Shown in pieces: positions 20,675-32,650 of a stretch of DNA of 33,000 nucleotides. Every line of letters starts with the position of its first letter. The stretch's first letter is position 1. The DNA is from Sminthopsis crassicaudata (lineage: Eukaryota): contig NC_133619.1 in NCBI RefSeq assembly GCF_048593235.1, forward strand, positions 298,823,454-298,856,453. The letters run 5' to 3'. The notes under the pieces were generated by a model. It was not told where the DNA came from. It saw only the letters and a program-made list of their open reading frames with translations, and made no database searches. The position numbers were made by a program, and so were the translations under genes.

Positions 20675-21885
20675 GGAAACTAAGGGGATGCCCATTAATT
20701 GGGTAATGACTGAATAAATTGTGGTAGGTGATTATGATAGAATATTTTTCTCCTATAAGAAATGATGAGCAGCATGCTCTCAGAAAGTCCTCCATAAACT
20801 CAAGCAAAGTGAAATGCACTGTATACAAAGTAATAACAATGTTCTGGGATGATCAACTATGAATCACTGCTACTCTCAGCAAAACAAAGATCCATGACTA
20901 CTCTAAAGGACTTATGATGAAAAATCCTATCCATACCCAGAGAAGAAACAATGGTGTCTGANNNNNNNNNNNNNNNNNNNNNNNNNNNNNNNNNNNNNNN
21001 NNNNNNNNNNNNNNNNNNNNNNNNNNNNNNNNNNNNNNNNNNNNNNNNNNNNNNNNNNNNNNNNNNNNNNNNNNNNNNNNNNNNNNNNNNNNNNNNNNNN
21101 NNNNNNNNNNNNNNNNNNNNNNNNNNNNNNNNNNNNNNNNNNNNNNNNNNNNNNNNNNNNNNNNNNNNNNNNNNNNNNNNNNNNNNNNNNNNNNNNNNNN
21201 NNNNNNNNNNNNNNNNNNNNNNNNNNNNNNNNNNNNNNNNNNNNNNNNNNNNNNNNNNNNNNNNNNNNNNNNNNNNNNNNNNNNNNNNNNNNNNNNNNNN
21301 NNNNNNNNNNNNNNNNNNNNNNNNNNNNNNNNNNNNNNNNNNNNNNNNNNNNNNNNNNNNNNNNNNNNNNNNNNNNNNNNNNNNNNNNNNNNNNNNNNNN
21401 NNNNNNNNNNNNNNNNNNNNNNNNNNNNNNNNNNNNNNNNNNNNNNNNNNNNNNNNNNNNNNNNNNNNNNNNNNNNNNNNNNNNNNNNNNNNNNNNNNNN
21501 NNNNNNNNNNNNNNNNNNNNNNNNNNNNNNNNNNNNNNNNNNNNNNNNNNNNNNNNNNNNNNNNNNNNNNNNNNNNNNNNNNNNNNNNNNNNNNNNNNNN
21601 NNNNNNNNNNNNNNNNNNNNNNNNNNNNNNNNNNNNNNNNNNNNNNNNNNNNNNNNNNNNNNNNNNNNNNNNNNNNNNNNNNNNNNNNNNNNNNNNNNNN
21701 NNNNNNNNNNNNNNNNNNNNNNNNNNNNNNGTTTTGCATAATTTCACCTGTGCTTTCTTAATGGAGCCTAGGATTGGGGATAATCTAGAACTCAAAGTTG
21801 TAAAAACAAATGTAAAAAATTGTTTTAAATGTAAAAATGTAATTGGGGGGAAATAACAATATTAAATTGAAAAACAAACAACCGC
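18300..21885 (+). mobile_element. L1-derived element with 5' UTR, decayed ORF1, nearly all of ORF2 missing, and 3' UTR (spans the assembly gap)
   Basis: ORF1 ATG at 18822. 19231-19320 reads ENVKYVIKKTTNLENRSRRGNLKIIGLPEN. At about 20350-20400 the ORF2-start-like sequence joins directly to the ORF2 SDKGLIS region. A 3' UTR-like tail follows the gap. Confidence 0.85.
20962..21730. other. Assembly gap (769 N)
   Basis: Directly visible. Confidence 1.
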
Positions 21886-21984
21886 ATGAGCTTCTCCTGG
21901 GACCCATATCAATCTTAGCTCTTATCCTTAGTAATTATTCAATAGTAAATTGGGGAAATCATTTCACCTTATCATTTAAATAAA

Positions 21985-22160
21985 ATCTAGTGCTGAAAGA
22001 GAACTCAGAGGATATTTAGTGCAATTCTTTCATTTTACAAATGAGGAAATTGAGTCCCAAAAGGTTTAAAATGAATTGAACAATGGTATATAAGCATTGA
22101 GTATTCAACAACAGATTTGAGCCTAGACTCTAACTCTGATATTCTTTCTACTGTACACTG
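21985..22160 (-). mobile_element. MIR fragment
   Basis: 'ttcattttacaaatgaggaaattgagtcccaa...gatttgagcctagactctaactc'. Confidence 0.75.
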
Positions 22161-22509
22161 ATTTTCTCACCCACAAAATGAAGGTATCACATACTAATAT
22201 AGTATAATAATAGACTATATCTTTATTGTGCTAAGGTTCTATCAAAATTTTTAAAGAGACCCCAAATTAAAAACCCCTAGCCTTAAAATGATGTTCTCTA
22301 CAATGCCTTCCCAATTTAAAATTTTATTGTCCTAAGTTTTAAATGTTTCCCACATTTCTTTTCAAAGTTCTACCATTTTCACTACATAAACACTGTTTTT
22401 AATTAGATTAAATATATTTTAAGTACATTATTTATTTTGTTGATTGTATTAGGTTTTAATATCTTTTAAATTCTGTTCATCTCCAACTAAGGTATAATAT
22501 ACAACTAAA

Positions 22510-22658
22510 ATGGCTTTAGAGGTGGCACTTGGTGCAATGAATAGAAATCTGGATCTGGAGTTAGGAAGGCCTGAGTTCAAATACAGTCTCAGACACTTAC
22601 TATATGTGTGACTTGAAGCCAATTGTTTAATTGTGATCTGCCTCAGTTTCCTCCCCTG

Positions 22659-22692
<34 letters not shown>
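22510..22692 (+). mobile_element. CORE-SINE (MIR-like head and core) ending in (AT)n at 22661-22692
   Basis: 'ggatctggagttaggaaggcctgagttcaaatacagtctcagacacttacta...ctgcctcagtttcctc'. Confidence 0.85.
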
Positions 22693-22694
<2 letters not shown>

Positions 22695-22973
22695 TAGCTA
22701 TTATTGTCATTTTAATTAACATACATTAGGAAATTAATGCCTACATTGGGACATTGTCATCTTCTTATTAACAATATGACTATGGTCAAGTTCAGAAAGG
22801 ACACAGTAGTATTCAGAAAGAGATGTAGCCAGGCCAGAGGAGCACCAAGGAGTAGAAGGGCATCAAACTCATGATGGTTTCAGCAGGATACACTCACAGG
22901 TGTTTGACCAGGTTATAGAAGCCCCCAAGCCCAAATTTTATAAACCACTTCTACTGTCATATATTCATAGTTA

Positions 22974-22975
<2 letters not shown>

Positions 22976-23030
<55 letters not shown>
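22976..23030 (+). repeat. (TG)n microsatellite, followed by a short TTCAGG/TTCAGGTAGAAA repeat (23031-23066)
   Basis: Directly visible. Confidence 0.95.
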
Positions 23031-23031
<1 letters not shown>

Positions 23032-23904
23032 CAGGTAGAAATTCAGGTTCAGGTTCAGGTAGAAATCTGGCCAGAATTTCCCCTTCTTGAATCCCTAGGG
23101 AACTTCCCTATTTCCCAGCCAAATTTGGACTGACGTACCTAAGCCTCATTTCCTGAAAGGAGGAAGATTATGAAAGCCCCCAGAAACCACCCTAACAAGC
23201 AGTAATATAAGTGAGAGCAAGGAAAACTATTGCAAAGTTAATAGAATCTGTACTGCAGGAATGAGGTCACCAGCATAAACTCTGGGACCACAAGGCGTGT
23301 CTGGGTGGATCCCATTTTTACTGAGCTCATCCACAGATACAAGGTTAATGTTTCCTCATTCTCTGTCTTCCTTTCCACTATTTTTTCCACCCTTTGGGGG
23401 AAAATATGTATATTTTTTCTTGATAGTTATTTCTGTTTCTCTGAAGTTCTTCTACACTTCTGTTCACTTCTGAACACCTGAGCTCAAATTTGTCTTTACA
23501 TACTACCTAATTGTATGACCCTTAGCAAGCTAATTTTTTTGCCACAGTTTCTTCATTTGCAAAATGTAACACAAATAAATAAATGAAATTAAATTTTAAA
23601 AAGAAAGATAAAATGGAAAAAGTCATGGAATTGAAGAGGTGGCTTTCTCTCATTAATATAAGGCAGATTTTCCTTGATGTCGAGATGTAGACCTCAATGG
23701 ATCATGGTAACTTGATAGAGGAACTGGTTTCCTATGCATGAAAAGGGTTCAAGTTCCCCTTGCTCTGAGCAAACTCTTTCAGGGCAGAACTTGTAGTAGG
23801 AGGGATTGTTGCTCTCTGGAGAATGGGAGGATGCTCTCTGAGGTATTTCCTTGGCTATGGTCAACCTGACTGAATCTCTCTCTCAAGTCCCTCCATCTTA
23901 TACA

Positions 23905-24420
23905 CTTTATACTCCAGTGCTTCCCTATTACCACTAGAATCAAATACAAATGCCTCTGACATTTTGGAAATTTTCACCACCTAACTTGAATCTACCTTTC
24001 TGTTATATATCATGACTCTTCACATACTCTTCAGTCTTGATAAACTGATCTTCTAGCAAATAATATTCTTTTTCTCACCTTCATGCCTTTTTTTCCCATG
24101 CCTGGTATACACTTTCTTGTCACTTCATTCTCATAGAATTACTACTTTCCTTTAAATCACAGTTCAAACATCAGTCGCTATATAGTGTCTTTCCTGATTT
24201 CCTTAGCTGCCAGTACCTCCATCTTCTTTCTTATCCCCCTCAAAAAAATCCATATATATCTTGCATATACATGCTTTTATTAGTGTATGTATTCTCCTCT
24301 GGCAGAATGTAAGTTTCTTAAAGTCAGAGACTGTTTAATAATTTTTATTTTTATGTTCAGTGGCTCGCATTGTGTCTGTCTTATATTAAATGCTTCATAA
24401 ATGCGTGTTCCTTAATCGGT
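23905..24420 (+). mobile_element. L2 3' region
   Basis: 'gcttccctattaccactagaatcaaatacaaatgcctctg...gaatgtaagtttcttaaagtcagagactg...aaatgcttcataaatgcgtgttc'. Confidence 0.75.
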
Positions 24421-24469
24421 CAATTCCCTTTTGCTTCCCTTTGGCTAACAATGGGAATAGTAGAATCCT

Positions 24470-25910
24470 AATGAAAGCAGAGTCAAAATGCTGGAGCTGA
24501 TCCAAATTTCCTTCCAAACAATATTAAAATAATCCCTCAAAATGAATTCTGGAACTATAGAACCAACAAAACGACGGGGTGAAACAATTTTCCAGCCCAA
24601 GACAACTTAGAAGGTCATCAGGAAAAATCTGTCTCACTAGGGAGAGAGTAGACCATAGTTCATTACAAGTCTTTCCTTGACTAGTCATTGGGGGTAACCA
24701 CATCAGCAGAGGCTTCTGGAACTCTCTTCCCACAAACAATAAGGAGTTTGGACAACTGGTCAGAAGGTGATTACAGAGAACACTGTTGGCACTGGGAGCA
24801 GGACTCTATTACATTGCTTATACAAGATTCCAGAGGGAAAGAGGGAACAGCAGCAGGAGTCAGGACTCTAATGGTTGTTCCAGGTGGGAAAAGAGTGCTT
24901 GGGATCACACATGGATTACAGAACAGTCCAGAAGAGCAATGAACACATCTCTCATTAAATCATACCATTTTGAAAGAAATGAAAACTTACAGATTCCCAT
25001 AAGTAGGGAACAGAAAACAGAAGCTTGAAAAACCTGAAGTTTGAAACTGTGCTCTCTCTACTTTAGGAGTAAAATCCAACTTTAACCTAAATTTAAAAGT
25101 CAAGAAATAGGCTGGAAAATGAGAAAACAACAAAAAAAGAGTCTGACTATAGAAAGTTACTATGGTAACAGAAAAGATCAAAACAGAAACTCAGAAGAAG
25201 GCAATGAAATAAAAGTAACTACATGCAAAGCCTCAAAAATATTAATTTTTCTCAGACCCCAAAAGAGCTTAAAAAATTTATATGATTTTATTTTTCCTCA
25301 GTTACATGTAAAAACAATGTTTAACATTCTTTTGTTATTTGAATTTCAAATTCTCTCCCCACTCCCCTTGAGAAAGCAAACAAATTGATGTGGGTCATAG
25401 ATGTGCAGTCATGTAAAATAGATTTACATAGTCATATTATGCAAGAAAACACAGACCAGAAAAAACCCTCCCCCCTCAAAAAAAAATAAAGAAAAAGCCT
25501 GTTTTAATCTGCTTTCAGACTCCATCAGTTCTCTCTCTGGAGATGGATAACATTTTTCATCATAAATCCTTCAGAGTTGCCTTAGAGCATTATTTTGTTG
25601 AGAATACCTAAGTCATTCATAATTGATTATCATACTTGCTGTTACTATATACAATGTTCTTCTAATTCTTATTATTTCGCTTTACATCAGTTCATATAAA
25701 TCCAAATTTATATGAGAGCATCCTGCCCATCACAATTATATCCACAAGTTGTTCAACTATTTCCCAATTGATGGGCATCCCCTAATTTCCAATTCTTTGT
25801 TACCATTAAAATAGTTTTTATAAATATTTTTGTATATATGGATCTTTTTTCTTCTAAAGGGATTTTTAAAATCAGAGAGGTAGAGGAAAAATTGGAAAAA
25901 GAATCCTATT
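24470..25910 (+). mobile_element. L1 5' UTR and ORF1 N-terminus, interrupted by a minus-strand L1 fragment
   Basis: ORF1 start at 25119 (MRKQQKKSLTIESYYGNRKDQN) is homologous to 18822. Similarity to 18980-19030 resumes at about 25853-25910. Confidence 0.8.
25274..25852 (-). mobile_element. L1 3' end (ORF2 C-terminus plus 3' UTR)
   Basis: 'ttgttcaactatttcccaattgatgggcatcccc' is the antisense of the CPSIGEWLNKL region; antisense 3' UTR 'cagactccatcagttctctctctggagatggata'. Confidence 0.85.
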
Positions 25911-26424
25911 AAGGCTCTTACTTTTTTCTTCCCTTTCTATTGTCAAGGACATTATAAACTGCAAGATTCTTTTTTTTTACATTTTCCTGAAGTCTAGCTT
26001 TGTTTTCACCTACATCTCTTTTCCCTTCAGGTTAGAGATCTTTCCTCTAAATTCTCCTTTCCTTCCTTCTCTTCCAAAGGGCAGAAAAGCCTCTTGCACG
26101 TTCCTCTCCTTGGAACTCCAGATTGAGAAGAGGAGTAAAAACCTCCCAGATTCTTCTCATTTCTTTCCCCATGGTCAATAACCTTTAGATTTTTCTTGTT
26201 TTTAATCTGTATTTATGTTGCATGAGGGAGAAAAAAGCCAGAGAATTTAGGTCACCTTATTAAGGAAACAAAATAGAAGAAACATTCTGTTCTTTTTTGT
26301 AAAGACAAGGGATTTTTTATTATCCCCCAGAGGGCACTATAAGCTCTTTAAAATTCTATTACCCTCCTCTAGTACCTGTATTCTCTCACTAATTCAATTA
26401 TTCCTCCCCCCCCCCCTTTCTAGT

Positions 26425-26552
26425 TTACCTTGGTTTCCTCATCTGTAAAATGAGCTGGAGAAGGAAATAGGAAACCATCCCAATATTTTTGCCAAAAAAC
26501 CTCAAACAAGGTCACAAATGGGGACATGACTGAAAAATGACTCAACAACAAA
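26425..26552 (+). mobile_element. MAR1-like marsupial CORE-SINE (RTE-derived tail)
   Basis: 'tttcctcatctgtaaaatgagctggagaaggaaataggaaacc...tttgccaaaaaacc...acatgactgaaaaatgactcaacaacaa'. Confidence 0.85.
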
Positions 26553-27015
26553 GGACCTGTCTGTATTCTCTCACTTTGGGTTTGTTTCAGTCCTTAGGCA
26601 CTTGGGCACAGGGAATGAGAGGCTCTAAATCTTTAGACTCAGGAGGTCATGACATTCAGCATAGTTCTCAGTCAGATGGCCAGAGCAACTTTTGTTTTTT
26701 TTTTTTTTTCCTGCTCCCAAAGCTTAATCCACGGATGTACCACCATCTGAAAATTTCTTCAATTTAGCTCAATCCCAGCAAATGTGATTTGCAAATAGTA
26801 GGTGCTTAATAAATGTTTGGTGAGTTTAAATTAATAGATGCATAGGGACAGGGACTAGATCTGTGATTTCACTTATCTAGGAAATTATCAGAAGAAATTC
26901 TTTCTGCCTTCTCACCTAGAGAGCTGCCTATAACACATAGAGATTAAGGGATTTACTATTCGTTCATACAACTGGTGTTTTCTGAGGTCAACCTGGCTTG
27001 GTCAATGACTGCTTA

Positions 27016-27069
27016 AAAAAATAAATAAATAAATAGATAGATAGGTAGATAAATAAATAAATAAATAAA
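27016..27069 (+). repeat. (AAAT)n/(AGAT)n compound repeat
   Basis: Directly visible. Confidence 0.9.
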
Positions 27070-27525
27070 GACTGGTGTTGCAAATGATAGGAGTGCCCAA
27101 TATGGTGGATAAAAAGTGGTTTTGAACTGAGGAAATTTTAGGTTCAGGTGACACTTCTGCCACACACTAGGTCTGGCCAAATTACTTAACCTTTCAGTTA
27201 GTTCCCCAAGTAGTTCCCCAAGGCTACAATTTGCAGTGTAGGTGCTGTTCTGATTTCGTAAAGAAATTTACAACTGAAAACCTCCCCAAATCACTTTAAT
27301 TACAAGTCATTTTTTGTTGTTGTTGTTGTTCACTTCCCATATGGATAAAGAGCCATGACCTAATTCTATTTTCCTCTAGCATTAAGCAATTCCTCTTTAT
27401 ATTTCTCCTTCTACTAAAAGTTCCCATTTCTTCTAGCTTCACTGACTTCCTTTAATTTCAGCTAAATCAAAAGTCTTTTGATCTTTAGTGCCAGTGCCTT
27501 TATTCTGAGATAATCTCCAATTTAT

Positions 27526-27526
27526 A

Positions 27527-27592
<66 letters not shown>
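27526..27592 (+). repeat. (TA)n(TG)n compound microsatellite
   Basis: Directly visible. Confidence 0.95.
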
Positions 27593-27595
<3 letters not shown>

Positions 27596-27599
27596 GATA

Positions 27600-27760
27600 T
27601 TTCATATTTAATTATTTGTATGCTGTCTCCCCCATTAGATGGTAAAGTCCTTGAAAACAGGAACCATATTTTTGCCACTCTTTGCACTCTCAGCTCTCAG
27701 CACAGTGCCCAGCATTTAGTAGGTGGTTAATAAATGCCTGTTGTCTTGACTGCTGATTGA
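27600..27760 (+). mobile_element. L2 3' end
   Basis: 'ctgtctcccccattagatggtaaagtccttgaaaacagg...cagcacagtgcccagcatttagtaggtggttaataaatgcctgttg'. Confidence 0.8.
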
Positions 27761-28589
27761 TAGAAAATAATTACTTACTAATTAGCTATTTGACTTTAAG
27801 CAAATCCTCCCTCCTCCACCTCTAAAATAAGAATATTTTTCTAGAGAATTTCTAGGATCATTTCTAGCATTAACATTTTGTATATCTATTTAAGAGTCCT
27901 GAGAAGTTTCCATGAGAGAGCACCAAGATTTCCATGAAAAATCTGGATTTATATATTCTTACTGCCAGGCTGTCTCCTTCCCTAAGAAAGGCTCTGTAGA
28001 TCTGTCAAAACTTTCCACAGAAGCAATGCATCCTACCAAACAGGTCTTTCTTCCTCTGCTTGGCAAGAATAGAAAGAAGGCTGGAAGATGAACATGATTG
28101 TTACATCACGAGAAAGGCATACAAGGTGGAAGAATAAGGACAGATGAAGTTCAGGAGCAATGAATGAACCTTTCCAACTTTGTTTGATTTTATTAAAATT
28201 GTATTTCAAAGATAAATAGAAAATAATGGTAAAATATTTCCATCATTTTTTTACTTCACCTGTACTTTCATTGGCAGAAGACACTCCCAACAAATATCAA
28301 TTCTTCAGCACTGCATAGAAAAGGGATATTAAGTTCCTGGCTTATGGAGAAGTACAAATATGACTAGCAATGCTGCTATTGTTTCCTCTGAAATTCAATT
28401 TGCTTTACTCTAAGAAAACCTTCCTATTAAAGAAGCAGAGACCATCCTCTGTTGTGTTTGAGTAGAATACGATTCTCCAAATGGGCCCTTTATTTCTGAT
28501 TATTTATTTCTATAAAGTTAACTGGGGCTTTTTTGGATCTTTGGACTATATTATTTTTTGTAATTAAATCTTGTGTTCTGTAAATGGAT

Positions 28590-28700
28590 CATGGAATCAG
28601 TCGAGCAATACACATTTATCAGACACATATTACATGCAAGGCACTCTGCTAAGCTCTAGAGATACAAAAAAAGGCAAAAGACAACCATTCCCTCAAAAAA
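28590..28700 (-). mobile_element. L2 3' end
   Basis: 'cacatttatcagacacatattacatgcaaggcactctgctaagctctagagatacaaaa'. Confidence 0.75.
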
Positions 28701-30359
28701 AAAAAAAACTCACTATGAAGTAAAATTATAATATTATCTTTTCCCAGAGGCTAGAATGGCCTTCACTCAGATAGGATTTGAGGGAATGAGCATTTCTGAT
28801 AAATGATTCAGAAACACAGAGATGGTATATTCCCCCATAGCCCAGCACCATTCCTAATGTTTCTATTACTGTTGAGGACACCATCATCCTTCAAGTCATC
28901 CAGGCTCATAATTAGATACCCTTCTTGACTCTTCATTCTGTCTCATTCCCTGTATCCCATCAGTTGCCAATTCCTACTGGCAACTGCTCTACTTCTAAGG
29001 ATATTATGCAAGAAGAGAGCTTGTAAACCTGTCTGAGATAATAGTTTATTTGTGTTTTGTTGAGCTTCACATAGTCATGTGAAGAAGGGTTTATACTAAT
29101 TTCTATGAATTTCATAGGTTATGTGATTTGACAAAGAAATAATTCCCCTTGGATTTATGATTATAGAGAAATGTTGGTACTACTTTTATCTCTGCATATG
29201 ATGAGAGGCAGCTTAGTGCTAACATTGGAGTTGGGGAAAGCTGGGTTTGCATTCTGCCTTGGTTTTTGGTTGAGTGAGTCAGCACCCCAGTTAACTCTTT
29301 AAGACTAAAAGTTGGGGAGCAGGGGCTCTATCTGTATCAATAATCTTTATTGAGAATGCCTTTCTGCCTCTTTAATAGGAAGGTTTTCTCAGAGTAAAGT
29401 GAATTGAATTTCAAAGGAAATGAAAACAGCATTTCTTGTCATGTTTATATTTCTCCATAACCTAGAAACTTAATATCCTTTTTCTATGCAGTGCTGAAAA
29501 CTTAATATATTGTTGCATGTCACAGTTCAAAGCTGCAAACAGAGATCGGCATAAACAAGCCTAGAGCCAAGCTGAGCTAAATAAAGGAGACTTCAATAGT
29601 CCTTCATATTTTATTAAAATTTGCATGCCTTAGACACCTTAGCAAAAGCAAAAGCAATTTTTCTATCCCTGAGGAAATTTTGCTTGCAGATGATACATGT
29701 ACACATGTATCCAAACCTGGGAATATCAGATATAAAAAGTAAAGCAGTAGTTTATAAAACTGGATTCTCTGACAACTAAATAAAGGAATAGAGAGAACAA
29801 AGCCTGACTTGTAGGTCTATAGGCAGTTTCTGTCAATTGTCCCTCTAATCTTGGTATATTCAGATTCTTGGAGAAAAATAAAACCAAGGATATGCTGAAA
29901 AATTGTTTTAAGAACTGGTTCTTTGGGAGGAATAAAAATAAGCACAATAATATACTTTTAAATTTAATCTGCCTCGTTAATATTTTTCATCAATTTCTTA
30001 AGTCTAGACAACCAACAAAATAATAAATCAGGCCCTTATGTGTATTATTTGTTGGTTTCTAAGGTATAAATACTGGCAGTAAAAATTTAACAATTAGCTC
30101 TCCCCAAATGGTTCAAATCAGCTCCAGCACCCAGTCCAGCCCACAAATAATCTCTCTTTCCTCCTTGGGACCTGTATTGCTCATATGCTACATAGTATGG
30201 GATGGGATGAGCACTGGACAGGACTTTGGAGAGCTCTCTATTGCCCATGTGACTTTGACCTAGTCTCTATTAGCTCTGGGCCCCTGCTTCCTTTCCCAAG
30301 CTCTATTAATGCTTTCTTTTCCCAGGATTCCCTCTAAAATCAACTCCACTTTGTTCTGT

Positions 30360-30750
30360 GGGTATCTTGTTTGTACATAGTTGTTTACTTGTGGTCCCCT
30401 ATTAGATTCAGAACTTCCTTAAGGTCAGGAACTGTTTTTTGCCTTTCTTATTCCCTTGCTGTTAGCACAGTGCTCAGTGCCATAATGCATAGAGATCTAG
30501 GTCTGAAGTGGGGAAAACATCTTCCTGAAAACACATCTGGTCTCAGACATGAGCTATGTGACCCTGAACAAGTCACTTAAGCCTGTATGCCTCAGTTTCC
30601 TCACCTATAAAATGGGCTGAAGAAAGAAATAGAAAATCCTTCAATATTTTTGCCAAGAAAACCCCAAATGCAGTCACAAAGTGTTGGACATGTCTAAACA
30701 ACAACTGAGCATCAAAGATTTTTAATAAATGCTCATTGACTTGATGATCT
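30360..30750 (+). mobile_element. L2 3' end interrupted by a MAR1-like SINE (about 30490-30712)
   Basis: L2 'ccttaaggtcaggaactg...gcacagtgctcagtgc' resumes as 'taataaatgctcattgacttg' after the SINE 'gcctcagtttcctcacctataaaatgggctgaagaaagaaatag...gccaagaaaaccccaaatgcagtcacaaag'. Confidence 0.75.
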
Positions 30751-30814
30751 TTAAGGTCACTTCTAGCTCTATGATTCTATGGTTTTATAATAATTGAATC
30801 AAGATCCTCTTCTG

Positions 30815-30880
30815 CCACTAATTAGTTCTATAACCTCAAGTAGATCCCACTAATTAGTTCTATAACCTCAAGTAGATCCC
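30815..30880 (+). repeat. Perfect 32-bp tandem duplication inside a MIR
   Basis: ccactaattagttctataacctcaagtagatc occurs at 30815-30846 and 30847-30878. Confidence 0.95.
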
Positions 30881-31149
30881 TTCACTTATTTGGGTCTCAG
30901 ATTCCTCAACTATAAAAGATTTGGGTCTAAATAATTACTAATTATATTATATTCTAATTATATTTTATGATTTCAAGGCTTCCAGATAATTATAATTACC
31001 ATAGATTTAAATCCGAAAGGAACTTTGGAGATCTTCTAGTCTATTTTGCAGATGGGAAAGCTGAGGCCCAATGAGATTGTGACCCAAGGTCACATGGGTT
31101 AATAAGTAACCTTCCAAGTCCTCTGCTTTTATATCTTAAGTAAATAAAT

Positions 31150-32040
31150 AGACAATGAAGTAATGCTTGAATGGAGTCTTAAAGGAAGCTGAATGTTCTA
31201 AGAGCCAGAATGAGGAAGAAAAGCATCTTAGGCATCCGAGGAATAGACAGTGAAAAGACACAGGGACAAAGAAATAGAATATCATTTGTATGTTTAAAAG
31301 TAGGCTGGTATGGCTGGTAGAGTACATGGAGGGAACTCAAATATGAGAAGGCTAGAAATTTGGAAAAGAATAGGTTGGAAAGAATTTTAAATACCAAATT
31401 GCAAAATTTATATTTCATCTTAGAGTTAGTAGAGAATCATTTAATTTATTGAGTGTGGGATGTGGAAAGTGGGAAAAAACATGATGAGTTCTATACTGTT
31501 GGAATATCAATTTGGCAACTGAGAAGAGAATGGATTGGAGTGAGGAAAGATTTGAGAAAGGAAAACCAATTAGAAGATTATTGCAATAATCTAGGAGAGG
31601 AGTGATGAGAGCTGAAACAAGAGTAATTCTTCTGTGAATGTAGAGGAAAAAAACATATATAAAAGACATTGGGGAGATAGAAAGGATGAGATTTGACCAA
31701 TGGGGTAAGTAATAGTGGAGAGCTGTGGATCACATCAAAGTGAAGAGCCTGGGTGATTTAGAGGATGATGATGCACTTGAAAGTGCTTGAAAAGTTCTCT
31801 AGAGTATTAGGTTTGGAAGTAAAAATAATGAATTATGCTTTGAATATACTGAGTTTGAAATGATTGTAAGACATTCAGTTCAAAATGTTCCCTAAGATGT
31901 TCATAATATGGAACTAGAGCACAGTGGAGAGGGACTAGGACAACCTATATGACTCTGAGTCATCATCATAGAAATACTAATCAAAGCCACTGGACCTAAT
32001 GAGATCACCAAATGATAGAGTATAGAGAAAAAAGAGAAGG
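31150..32040 (-). mobile_element. L2 remnant
   Basis: Purine-rich antisense L2 motifs: 'gaaaaccaattagaagattattgcaataatctagg', 'tgaatatactgagtttgaaatg' and 'atgagatcaccaaatgatagagtatagag'. Confidence 0.8.
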
Positions 32041-32509
32041 GTTCTTGTCATCTCTTTAGTCTGATCCTTGATTTCTTTACCCTCCAAACTTGCTACAAAA
32101 TATGGCCATTTCCTTTGCCTCAGAATGAAAACTTTCCCAGTAATAATCTCTCTACTAGAAACGAGACACCTTGCACTTGAGAATACTTGACCCCTGTACC
32201 TCAGCCCAGATTAGGCGAGACACCTATATTCCCCTAAATCTTACTGTTTTAATAGAAGAGAGAAGGAGATCTGGGTCCAAAAGGAGAACTCTCTGAAGAG
32301 TCATCACAAAGCCTAAATGTATCCTGGAGAAGTTCACAAACTAATTCCCACTGGCTTTTCCCTTCTCTATCCTCACTCCTGTTCCAGGTTTCACAGTCTA
32401 ACACAAATATATACCTTCATGATATACTGATAATCAATCCCAGGCAACCTTCTTGAGTGCAGGTATCATTTTATTTTTGTTTGTGTATTCCCAATATCTA
32501 TAGCACATA

Positions 32510-32650
32510 AAGAGACTAGAGAGCTATCCTCAGAAGCAAGAAAACTGGGTCTGGATTTCACTTAAGGCCCATAATAGCTGTGTAACTCTGGTTAAATTCC
32601 TTAACCTCTCTAGGCAACTTTCTAAAACAGTTACAAGAGTAGAGGGAGTA
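32510..32650 (+). mobile_element. MIR-like SINE fragment
   Basis: 'aatagctgtgtaactctggttaaattccttaacctctct'. Confidence 0.6.

Noticed and set aside
20857-21856. Three 270-312 aa ORFs in the ORF track
   Set aside because: They are artefacts of the N gap (almost all X).
22900-23133. ORFs rich in CVCV or HTHT (also 27439-27730 and 16318-16602)
   Set aside because: They are translations of (TG)n/(TA)n microsatellites.
23140-23195. Minus-strand 53-nt exon-like unit (WFLGAFIIFLLSGNEA*) with a TAG|gtacgt donor
   Set aside because: It has stops in all frames and no supporting context; pseudo-exons like this are expected by chance.
28068-28125. Purine-rich + strand exon candidate (IERRLEDEHDCYITRKAYK)
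   Set aside because: The donor is mediocre, the unit is isolated, and no homology was recognised.
28961-28986. Inverted RFX half-sites cagttgcca-N8-tggcaactg
   Set aside because: The spacing is non-canonical and the left half derives from L2 consensus sequence.
29692-29711. gatacatgt-ac-acatgtatc inverted repeat as a p53/p63 site
   Set aside because: The decamers overlap and mismatch RRRCWWGYYY; short AT-rich inverted repeats are common.
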